From positions 14,044-78,043 of the forward strand of contig DAIDKF010000004.1 in NCBI GenBank assembly GCA_027450185.1: a stretch of 64,000 nucleotides of DNA. The letters are read 5' to 3'. Made by a program: the position numbers and the translations under genes. Shown piece by piece: positions 49,232 through 57,096 of this stretch (the first letter of the stretch is position 1; every line of letters starts with the position of its first letter). This DNA is from Granulicella sp. (GTDB taxonomy: Bacteria; Acidobacteriota; Terriglobia; Terriglobales; Acidobacteriaceae). The notes under the pieces are model-generated. The model ran no database searches. It had not been told where the DNA came from and was given only the letters and a program-made list of their open reading frames with translations.

Positions 49232-49259
49232 GGTGGCGCCTTCTGGGCGTCACCTTTTT
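49232..49259 (+). terminator. Intrinsic terminator after fliC
   Basis: GGTGGCGCC-TTCTG-GGCGTCACC followed by TTTTT. Confidence 0.8.
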
Positions 49260-49270
49260 GTCCATAGGGC

Positions 49271-49298
49271 TAAACAAAACGCCCGGGCTTGCCGATAG
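49271..49298 (+). promoter_or_regulatory. sigma28 promoter of fliD-fliS
   Basis: TAAA-N16-GCCGATAG. Confidence 0.7.
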
Positions 49299-49379
49299 TG
49301 TGGTCATGGGCTAGTTGTCTCAACACTCTTGAACGCGTGAGCAGCTACAGCTCCCCGAGGAAAGGAACCTGCAAGGGTT

Positions 49380-50810
49380 ATGAGCTCAACGTCACTACTG
49401 TCTTCGCTCCTGGGTTCGGACAACAGTTCTACTACTGCCGATTTGAGCGCTATCCTGCAAGCGGCGACGGGAGCCTCCACTCCTGGAATCGACGTGACCT
49501 CTGCAGTGAATGCAGCAGTAACGGCTGCGGAGGCTCCGGAGACCATCTGGGAATCGCAGATCTCCACACTGCAGAGCCAGACTACGGCGCTGACCCAGAT
49601 CCAGACCGATGCGACCAATCTCGATAACGATATGCAGGCGCTCAACAGCTTGAGCGGTCCTCTGTCTGCAAGCACGGTGACTTCGTCGAATACCGGCGTC
49701 GTTACAGCCACGGCAGCGTCTGGGAGCGCATCGGGAAGCTATGGTGTAATTGTCAACAATCTGGCAAGCACTGCATCGTTCTCCTCCACGGCAGTGGCAT
49801 CCGCTACGACGGCGCTACCGGCGGAGAGTATTACGATTACAAACGGCAGTGGGACCGCCTCAACGATCACTACGGGGAGCGGTGTGAACACGCTGACGGA
49901 CCTTGAGACAGCAGTCAACGCTGCCGGTCTTGGAGTTACGGCCAGTATTATCAACGACGCCTCAGGGGCTCGTCTGGCGATCACGAGTAACACCTCCGGC
50001 AGCAGCGGAAATTTTACGGTCTCCTCAACCGGTACAGGCTTTTCCTTTGCGCAAGCGGTCACCGGTAATAATGCGTCGCTCACTGTAAACGGGATCGGCA
50101 TATCGAGTGCAACGAATACCGTGACGGGAGCTGTGCCTGGGTTGACCCTCAACTTGTTGAGTTCGAGCCCTGGGACGACGGTAAACCTGTCGGTTGCGCC
50201 TGATGTGTCAGCGGCGTCAACCGCCATCAATCAGTTTGTGACGGATTACAACACGGCTGTTACCGATGTGAATTCACAGTTCTCTTACACCTCAGGCAGT
50301 GGCCAAGGGGTCCTGGCCCAGGATCCAACCGTGCGCAATTTGCAGAGCGAACTGTTGCAGGCATCGAGCTACACTGCTGCGCCTGCGTCAGGCAGCAGCA
50401 GCACTACGGTTCCAAACCTGACATCGATGGGCATCTCGGTGAATGCGGATGGCACGCTGAGCGTGGATAACACGACACTGAATAATGTTCTCAATAATAA
50501 CTTCAGCGATGTGCAGAACTTCTTTCAGGGAGCTTCCTTGAATGGATTCGCCAACACGCTGGATCAACAGTTGACGAGCTTCATCAGTCCTGCGGATGGT
50601 GCATTCACCGTGGACCTGCAGAGCATTAGTACCCAATCCAGCGGGCTCCAGACGGATATTACCAACTTCCAGGCCAATGTGATCACACCGCTTCAGACAC
50701 AACTGACGAGCGATTTGAGCCAGGCTGAGATTCTGCTTCAACAGTTGCCCACCGAGATGAAGCAAATTGATACAGAACTGGGTTACAACACAACCACCAC
50801 GGGAGGCTAA
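49380..50810 (+). CDS. fliD: Flagellar filament cap protein
   Basis: GID, V.NLA, ASIIND..G.RL, A.LTVNGI...S.TNTV...VPGLTLNL, I.QFV..YN, L..MGI; located between fliC and fliS. Confidence 0.9.
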   Translation: MSSTSLLSSLLGSDNSSTTADLSAILQAATGASTPGIDVTSAVNAAVTAAEAPETIWESQISTLQSQTTALTQIQTDATNLDNDMQALNSLSGPLSASTVTSSNTGVVTATAASGSASGSYGVIVNNLASTASFSSTAVASATTALPAESITITNGSGTASTITTGSGVNTLTDLETAVNAAGLGVTASIINDASGARLAITSNTSGSSGNFTVSSTGTGFSFAQAVTGNNASLTVNGIGISSATNTVTGAVPGLTLNLLSSSPGTTVNLSVAPDVSAASTAINQFVTDYNTAVTDVNSQFSYTSGSGQGVLAQDPTVRNLQSELLQASSYTAAPASGSSSTTVPNLTSMGISVNADGTLSVDNTTLNNVLNNNFSDVQNFFQGASLNGFANTLDQQLTSFISPADGAFTVDLQSISTQSSGLQTDITNFQANVITPLQTQLTSDLSQAEILLQQLPTEMKQIDTELGYNTTTTGG

Positions 50811-50816
50811 CGGAAG

Positions 50817-51287
50817 ATGACCATGAACTCAACAGAACTGACGTATCGTAAGACCGCCGTCGAAGGTGCAAGCGGCTTCGGATTGCTGATTGCACTCTAC
50901 GACACACTCTCCGGCGATCTGTTGCGAGCTGCAGATGCAGAGCGGAGAAATGACATCGAGAAGAGGTGTCAGGAGGTCAACCATGCGACGCTCGTCATCG
51001 GCTACCTGGAGGACTGGATTGAGCGGTCCGGAGGTGGGGAGTTGGCGCAACAACTTTCGGCGTTCTACTCGTCGCTTAGGCGCAAGATGATCGAAGCTCA
51101 GATCAAAAGGTCAGCGGAAAGTCTAGAGGAACAGGTGGCTCTTGTGCTGAAGATTCGAGAGATATGGAGCGCGATGGAGAGACAAAAAACAGCGCAGATG
51201 GAAGCTCCTGAGGGGCCGCAAACGTCGGGATATCCTGGTTCGGTGTCAGCCGTGCATCATGCGAACGCCTGTAGTTGGTCGGCCTGA
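50817..51287 (+). CDS. fliS: Flagellin export chaperone FliS
   Basis: Y...AVEGAS...L.IALYD, GGELA..L...Y, IREIW; follows fliD. Confidence 0.85.
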   Translation: MTMNSTELTYRKTAVEGASGFGLLIALYDTLSGDLLRAADAERRNDIEKRCQEVNHATLVIGYLEDWIERSGGGELAQQLSAFYSSLRRKMIEAQIKRSAESLEEQVALVLKIREIWSAMERQKTAQMEAPEGPQTSGYPGSVSAVHHANACSWSA

Positions 51288-51501
51288 TCCTAATCATTGT
51301 GAAGGAGGACTGCTCTTGATTCCCATAGGATGTTTAAGGTTTGCATGTTGTGTTGCGTGTATCCCATAACCTATTACAGGCAAACGGCTTGCGGTAAAAA
51401 GAATTGCTATATTCAGGGGGTGGCGTAGCCCGTGCCGATGAGATCCGACGAGTTATAGAGCGGCGAAGTCATCTACTCGATCAACGAGATCAGGATGCTG
51501 G

Positions 51502-53175
51502 CTAGAGTTCCAGAATGATGGGCATGATGAGGGGGCGGCGGTTGGCGTTCTTCTGGATGAAGCGCTTGAGGTCGCCGCGGATCTTGTCCTTCATGACGCC
51601 GTAGTCTTTGCGCTCTTCGTCACTGGATTGGTCGAGCGTGCGGGCGACGATGTCGCGGGCGTTGCGGAGGAGATCGGGGTCGTCGGCTGCGAAGCCGCGA
51701 GTAGTGATCTCGGGTGCGCCTTCGACCTGGCCGGTGCGCTTGTTGATGGCGATGATGGGGAGGAAGACGCCGTCTTCGCCGAGGTGCTTGCGGTCGCGGA
51801 TGATGGTGTCCTCTACGACGTCGGCGGTGGAGTTGTTGTCGATGCAGACGCGGCCGGTGGTGACGCGGCCGGTCTTCTCGGCGTGCACGCTGTCATGAGT
51901 CCGTTCGAGAGTGAGGACGTCGCCGTCTTCGAGGAGGATGACTTTTTCGGGGACGCCGGTGGCGGCGGCGAGTTCAACATGGCGTTTGAGGTGGCGGTAG
52001 TCGCCATGGACGGGAATGAAGAACCTGGGGCGCACGAGGTTGATCATCATGCGGAGTTCTTCCTGCGAGCCGTGGCCGGAGACGTGGATGAGGCCGTGGG
52101 TGCCGTCGTCGTGGATGACGCGGGCGTCGCGACGCTCAAGGTGGTCGATGACGCGGTAGATAGCCTTCTCGTTGCCGGGGATGACGCGTGAGCTGAGGAG
52201 GACGGTATCGCCGGCTTCGATCTTGGCGAAACGATGGTTATCGACGGCGGCGCGGGAGAGCGCGGACATGGGTTCGCCCTGAGTGCCGGAGATGAGGACG
52301 CAGAGTTTGCTGGCCGGGGTGTCCTTGATCTGGTTGGGATGGATGATGAGGCCGGGCGGCGGGTCGATGTAGCCGAGATCCTGAGCGATTTCGGTGGAGT
52401 TGTCGATGGAGCGGCCGATGAGGGCGACCTTACGGCCGTGCTTGTGGGCGAGGTCCATGGCGATGCGGATGCGATGGATGGAGGAGGAGAAGCAGGAGAA
52501 GAAGAGGCGCTTTTTGGCGGCGCCGAAGATGTCATCTAGGCGTGGAATGACAGCCTTTTCGCCGGGCGTGAAGCCGGTACGATCGACGTTGGTGGAGTCC
52601 TGGAGGAGGACGAGAACACCCTGTTTGCCGAGGTCGGCGAAGGCCTGGAGGTCGAAGGGGTGGCCGTCGGGGGAAGAGAGATCGATCTTGAAGTCGCCGG
52701 TGTGGAGGACGATGCCAACGGGGGTGTGGATGGCGAGCGAGACGCAGTCGACCAGCGAGTGGGTGACGCGGATGGGCAGGATGGAGAAGACGCCGAGGGA
52801 GAAGCGGCGGCCAGGAAGGATCTCGATGAGTTCGGCGTCGTCAAGGAGGCGATGCTCTTCGAGCTTGCCTTCGACGTAGGCGAGGGTGAATTCGGTGCCG
52901 TAGACGGGGACGTTGAGCTCGGAGAGTATCCAGGGGAGACCGCCGATGTGGTCCTCATGTCCGTGGGTGAGGACGATACCGCGAACTTTGGAGCGGTTCT
53001 CGATGAGGTAGGAGATGTCGGGGACGACGATGTCGACGCCGAGGAGCTCTTCTTCGGGAAACATGAGGCCGGCGTCGATGACGAGAATGTCGTTGCCGAA
53101 GTGGAGAGCGAGGCAGTTCATGCCGAACTCTCCGAGACCGCCCAGCGGAATTATTTGCAGTTTTTCATTAGCCAT
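51502..53175 (-). CDS. rnj: Ribonuclease J
   Basis: PLGGLGEFGMN, DAG, LTHGHEDHIG, HS, TGDFK, DSTN, GTQGEP, IPGNE, HVSGH, PVHG. Confidence 0.95.
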   Translation of the reverse strand: MANEKLQIIPLGGLGEFGMNCLALHFGNDILVIDAGLMFPEEELLGVDIVVPDISYLIENRSKVRGIVLTHGHEDHIGGLPWILSELNVPVYGTEFTLAYVEGKLEEHRLLDDAELIEILPGRRFSLGVFSILPIRVTHSLVDCVSLAIHTPVGIVLHTGDFKIDLSSPDGHPFDLQAFADLGKQGVLVLLQDSTNVDRTGFTPGEKAVIPRLDDIFGAAKKRLFFSCFSSSIHRIRIAMDLAHKHGRKVALIGRSIDNSTEIAQDLGYIDPPPGLIIHPNQIKDTPASKLCVLISGTQGEPMSALSRAAVDNHRFAKIEAGDTVLLSSRVIPGNEKAIYRVIDHLERRDARVIHDDGTHGLIHVSGHGSQEELRMMINLVRPRFFIPVHGDYRHLKRHVELAAATGVPEKVILLEDGDVLTLERTHDSVHAEKTGRVTTGRVCIDNNSTADVVEDTIIRDRKHLGEDGVFLPIIAINKRTGQVEGAPEITTRGFAADDPDLLRNARDIVARTLDQSSDEERKDYGVMKDKIRGDLKRFIQKNANRRPLIMPIILEL

Positions 53176-53330
53176 GGACCTTCAGTCTACCGCACTCAGG
53201 TATTGGAGGCGGAAGAGGCCGGAAACCTGTGGTTTTCAAAGCTGGGTGAGCTAAGGCCCTGATCTGAGTGCGATCGCCCTAATCGGCTGCTCGCCACGCT
53301 CAGAAGGATAGCCGGAAAAGCAACGGCAGG

Positions 53331-54077
53331 TCAGGGGATGACGGAGGCGGGGTAGTAGACGGGCCAGACTTCGTCGTCGGCGCGGGCGAGGAGACCGGTG
53401 GAGGGGTTGACGGGGAAGGCGCCGGAGATTCCATTTTGGCTGCGCGCGATGGAGAGCATGGCGGCGTCGTGGATGGAGTTGCCGAAGACGGCGTCGGGGG
53501 CGTTGATGCCGGTGGTGATGCCTACGCGGTGGAGTGCGACGACCTTGTCTTCGTCGGTGGGAACGTGGATGAGCTTGTCGGTGATTATGCCGTTATCGAC
53601 CTGGACACGAGCGGCGAGGACGTGGTTGGCCGGGATGTTGAAGCGGCGGACGCCTTCTTCGATGACCCAGTCGTTGGTGGAGGAGACGGCCCAGATGTCG
53701 CAGTTGTTGTGCTGGAGTTCGGTGATGAGGACGGCAAGTTCGGGGAAGATGTTGGGCTCGATGTAGTCGCGGAAGAAGTGTGCGGCGGCCTCGCGGAGGG
53801 TTTGGACGGGAAGGCCGCGGTAGACGGTGACCATGTCGCCGCAGATGTCGTACTCGGAGACGGTGTTGTTTCTGTAGCCTTCGTAGCGGGAGAGGATCCA
53901 GTCAATCTGCTGGGGGGAGATGAGCTTGGTGTCGATGGACCAGTGCATGAAGGCGGAGCCTGCGTCGCCGGACCAGAGAGTGCCGTCGCAGTCGAATACG
54001 GCGATGGTGGGGTTGAGGGCGTGGACGCGAGCGTGGAACTCGGGGGTGGTGAGGCGGCGGGCGGTGCTTTCGGACAA
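53331..54077 (-). CDS. HAD-superfamily hydrolase
   Basis: Motif I AVFDCDGTLW, motif II VSS, motif IV GNSIHD. Confidence 0.85.
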   Translation of the reverse strand: MSESTARRLTTPEFHARVHALNPTIAVFDCDGTLWSGDAGSAFMHWSIDTKLISPQQIDWILSRYEGYRNNTVSEYDICGDMVTVYRGLPVQTLREAAAHFFRDYIEPNIFPELAVLITELQHNNCDIWAVSSTNDWVIEEGVRRFNIPANHVLAARVQVDNGIITDKLIHVPTDEDKVVALHRVGITTGINAPDAVFGNSIHDAAMLSIARSQNGISGAFPVNPSTGLLARADDEVWPVYYPASVIP

Positions 54078-54152
54078 GGGTCTACCTCTAGGACGTGGGC
54101 TGCTGTTGTCATTCTATGTGAGGCGAATGGAGTCGACTTCCTTGGGGGAAGG

Positions 54153-54563
54153 TTAGTGCTGGCCCCAATGCTCGGAGCGGATGGGGGAGAGGTTGATCCA
54201 CTTTGATTCGGGGGCAGGGCCGGCTTTGCGACGTATGTTGGAGCGAAGGAAGTTGAAGGTCAACATCAAAAGGTACAGGGACCAGCCGGCGGGTCTGAAT
54301 CGCGGAATGATGATGACCAGCAGAACGAATCCAATGAAGAGGGCGATGCCAGACTCGAGACTGGTAGCGGAACGGAATGCGATGAGACCGCCTGCGAGGA
54401 GCAGGACGAGCTGGAGGGTCAACAGGGCAGTGAAATGGGGAGAAGTGTGGCGTGGGAGTGTCCAGGGATTGAAGGTCGCAAAGAAAGAGCAGGCGGCGAT
54501 GAGTCCGCCGAGGACGCTGAGTGCGGCAAGCTGCGCGGCGGAAAGTTGCGGGCTTCGCCTCAT
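54153..54563 (-). CDS. Small hypothetical membrane protein
   Basis: About 4 hydrophobic segments; TATAAT 6 nt before the ATG. Confidence 0.6.
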   Translation of the reverse strand: MRRSPQLSAAQLAALSVLGGLIAACSFFATFNPWTLPRHTSPHFTALLTLQLVLLLAGGLIAFRSATSLESGIALFIGFVLLVIIIPRFRPAGWSLYLLMLTFNFLRSNIRRKAGPAPESKWINLSPIRSEHWGQH

Positions 54564-54613
54564 GGAGAGATTATAGGGGCGTGGTGAGAGGGTGGGAATA
54601 AAATGGTAGGTCT

Positions 54614-55903
54614 ATGAGCTTATTTTTTGCTGCTGGATCGACCGAGACGGAGATGAGTGGCGCGGAGATTCGCGCGGGGTTGCGAGAGGCGCTGGGGAAG
54701 CTGGGTGAACGGAAGCGGGTGCTGGCGGTGCCGCCGGACTTTACGCGGTTCCACTCCAAGGCCGGTGAGTTGACCGAGATGGCCTGGGAGTTCTATGGCG
54801 ATGCGATGACCGATGTGCTGCCCGCGCTGGGGACGCATACGGCGATGACCGATGCGCAGATTCGGACGATGTTTGGCAAGACGCCGCGGGAGTTGTTTCG
54901 CGTGCACGACTGGCGCAATGACATTGTGACGCTGGGTGAGGTTCCGGGCGAGTTCATGCGGGAGGTGAGCGAGGGGAAGCTGGACTACTCGTGGCCGGCG
55001 CAGGTGAATAAATTGTTGCGGGACGGTGGGCACGATTTGATTCTGTCAATTGGTCAGGTGGTGCCGCACGAGGTGGTGGGGATGGCCAATGGGAGCAAGA
55101 ATATCTTTGTGGGGACGGGCGGGGTGATGGGGATTCATCGCTCGCACTTTCTGGGCGCGGTGTATGGGATGGAGCGGATGATGGGGCGCGCCGATACTCC
55201 GGTGCGAAGAGTGCTGAACTATGCGAGCGAGCACTTTGGGAAGATGCTGCCACAGATTGTGTATGTGCAGACGGTGGTGAACAAGAATGCCGCGGGCGAG
55301 CTGGTGATGCGGGGGTTATTTATCGGCGACGATAACGAGTGCTTTGAGCGGGCGGCGGCGCTTAGTTTGCAGTGCAATTTTTTGATGATGCATCGCGAGA
55401 TCAAGAAGGCGGTGGTGTATCTCGATCCGGCAGAGTTTCATTCAACGTGGCTGGGGAATAAGAGCGTGTACCGGACGCGGATGGCGCTGGCGGATGGCGC
55501 GGAGTTGATTGTGCTGGCGCCGGGTGTGATGGAGTTTGGTGAAGACAAGACGATCGATACGCTGATTCGACGGTATGGTTACTGCGGTACTCCAGCGACG
55601 CTAGAGGCGGTGAAGAACGATCCGGAGCTGGCGGCGAATCTGAGCGCGGCGGCGCACTTGATTCATGGTTCAAGCGAGGGACGATTCACGATTCGGTACT
55701 GCCCGGGCGGGTTGACGCGAGCGGAGATTGAGAGCGTGCACTTTGCTTATGGAGACCTGACGGAGTATGCGGTGAAATATGATCCGGCAAAGCTGGTGGA
55801 TGGATGGAATGTAGTGGGTGGGGAGGAGATTTTTTATATCTCGAACCCTGGGTTGGGGCTGTGGGCGTATCGGGGGCGGTTTGGGGCGGGAGAAGGCACG
55901 TAG
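54614..55903 (+). CDS. LarA-superfamily (nickel-pincer) racemase/epimerase
   Basis: PPDFTR, ALGTH, VHD, PHEVVGMANGSKN (Lys at the NPN-attachment position), IHRSH. Confidence 0.8.
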   Translation: MSLFFAAGSTETEMSGAEIRAGLREALGKLGERKRVLAVPPDFTRFHSKAGELTEMAWEFYGDAMTDVLPALGTHTAMTDAQIRTMFGKTPRELFRVHDWRNDIVTLGEVPGEFMREVSEGKLDYSWPAQVNKLLRDGGHDLILSIGQVVPHEVVGMANGSKNIFVGTGGVMGIHRSHFLGAVYGMERMMGRADTPVRRVLNYASEHFGKMLPQIVYVQTVVNKNAAGELVMRGLFIGDDNECFERAAALSLQCNFLMMHREIKKAVVYLDPAEFHSTWLGNKSVYRTRMALADGAELIVLAPGVMEFGEDKTIDTLIRRYGYCGTPATLEAVKNDPELAANLSAAAHLIHGSSEGRFTIRYCPGGLTRAEIESVHFAYGDLTEYAVKYDPAKLVDGWNVVGGEEIFYISNPGLGLWAYRGRFGAGEGT

Positions 55904-55941
55904 TAAGTAGAAAGTAGTAAGGACCAGGTGTGGGAGCGGGG

Positions 55942-56769
55942 TTAGTTGGCTGTGGGGTAGCCGGTGTAGGAGCCGGCGTCGCAGCCGGAGCCGGGGATGG
56001 TGAGGGCGAGGTCGATGAGGGCGGGGGAGACGTCCTGCGTGGTGGAGGTGAGTGTGGCGGTGGCGGTGCCGGAGGTGGCCGTGAGGGTGGCGGAGAGGTT
56101 GGGGCCGGCGAGGAGGCCGGAGAGGTTATAGGAGGTGGTGCAGGAGCCGGCGGTGAAGGTGAGGGTGCCGGTCTCGGAGAAGTAGCCGTCGGCGTTGGCG
56201 GCGCCCTGGGTGAGGGTAAGGGTGGAGGCGGCGTGGGTGGAGGCGGCGGAGGTGAGGGCACCGGTGAAGGTGCCGGTGAGGGGGGCGTACTCGGTGCCAC
56301 GGGCGGCGATGCCGGCGGTGTAGGCGCAGGGGCCGGAGCCGCTGATGGTGAGGCCGCCGAGGAAGAGGTTGGGGTAGTCGGTGGAGAACTGGCCGGTGAT
56401 GACGGCGGTGTTCTGGGGCAGGTTGGTGGAGGAGAGGGTGATGTTGCCGTTGGCGTCTTTATTGCCGGTGAAGGTGAGGTCGGCGGAGGGCAGGACGCAG
56501 CCGCTGGAGTGGAAGGTGGCGGTGAGGACGGATGCCTGGGCGGTGAGGGCTCCGTTGAGGCCCTGGAGCGGGGAGCCGCTGCCGGACTGGGGGTCGGAGA
56601 AGAGGATGCCGGTGCTGGTGGTGACGGTGGCGATCTGGCTGTTGCCCTTGACCTGCATGCCGCCGGAGCTGCCACAGCCGGCGAGCAGGGTGGAGGCGGC
56701 CAGGAAGGCACCGGAAGAGAGCAGGATGCGGGAGGTTGGGAGCGCGGGACGGGCAGACGATCGGGACAT
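55942..56769 (-). CDS. Hypothetical Ser/Thr/Gly-rich beta-rich lipoprotein
   Basis: Lipobox LAGC; repeated TFTG...ANG...G.L.. units, each with a Cys pair; codon usage matches neighbouring genes. Confidence 0.75.
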   Translation of the reverse strand: MSRSSARPALPTSRILLSSGAFLAASTLLAGCGSSGGMQVKGNSQIATVTTSTGILFSDPQSGSGSPLQGLNGALTAQASVLTATFHSSGCVLPSADLTFTGNKDANGNITLSSTNLPQNTAVITGQFSTDYPNLFLGGLTISGSGPCAYTAGIAARGTEYAPLTGTFTGALTSAASTHAASTLTLTQGAANADGYFSETGTLTFTAGSCTTSYNLSGLLAGPNLSATLTATSGTATATLTSTTQDVSPALIDLALTIPGSGCDAGSYTGYPTAN

Positions 56770-56900
56770 GGGATGCCTCGCTGGGTGGGACGTGGGCGCG
56801 ATGGGGAGAGTGTACAGCGTGGGGGGAGGATTTTGGGGATTTTTGAGGGGCTAAGGCGGATGGGCTCGCTGCTGGTCCGGCGGGGGCGGGGGTGGGTAAC

Positions 56901-56967
56901 GGCAACAGCAAGGGCAACAGCGGAATACAGGGATCTCTCCACTGCGCTTCGCTTCGGTCGAGATGAC
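56901..56967 (+). repeat. Dispersed REP-like intergenic repeat, copy 2
   Basis: GGCAACAGC x2, then CAGGGATCTCTCCACTGCGCTTCGCTTCGGTCGAGATGAC. Confidence 0.75.
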
Positions 56968-57023
56968 GGTGGTGGGTGGGTGGTGGCTGTGGGTGGGGCC
57001 ACGTGGCGCTGGGGCGGGCAAAA

Positions 57024-57073
57024 CTGCGGGTGTCTCCGCTACGGCGCAAAGGCGAGCCTCCGGTCGAGATGAC
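57024..57073 (+). repeat. Dispersed REP-like intergenic repeat, copy 3
   Basis: CTGCGGGTGTCTCCGCTACGGCGC...CCTCCGGTCGAGATGAC. Confidence 0.75.
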
Positions 57074-57096
57074 AGATTTGTGTGGAAGGAATGGGG

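Noticed and set aside
55686-57072. Long Gly-rich (+, 55930-57072) and Pro-rich (-, 55686-57002) ORFs resembling collagen, PE-PGRS or extensin
   Set aside because: Shadow frames of the real lipoprotein gene caused by extreme G/C strand skew; they also run through the intergenic repeats.
56901-57073. Possible mini-CRISPR from two nearby repeats
   Set aside because: Only a 13-nt identical core, variable interiors, no regular spacers and no cas genes; it fits a REP-like family.
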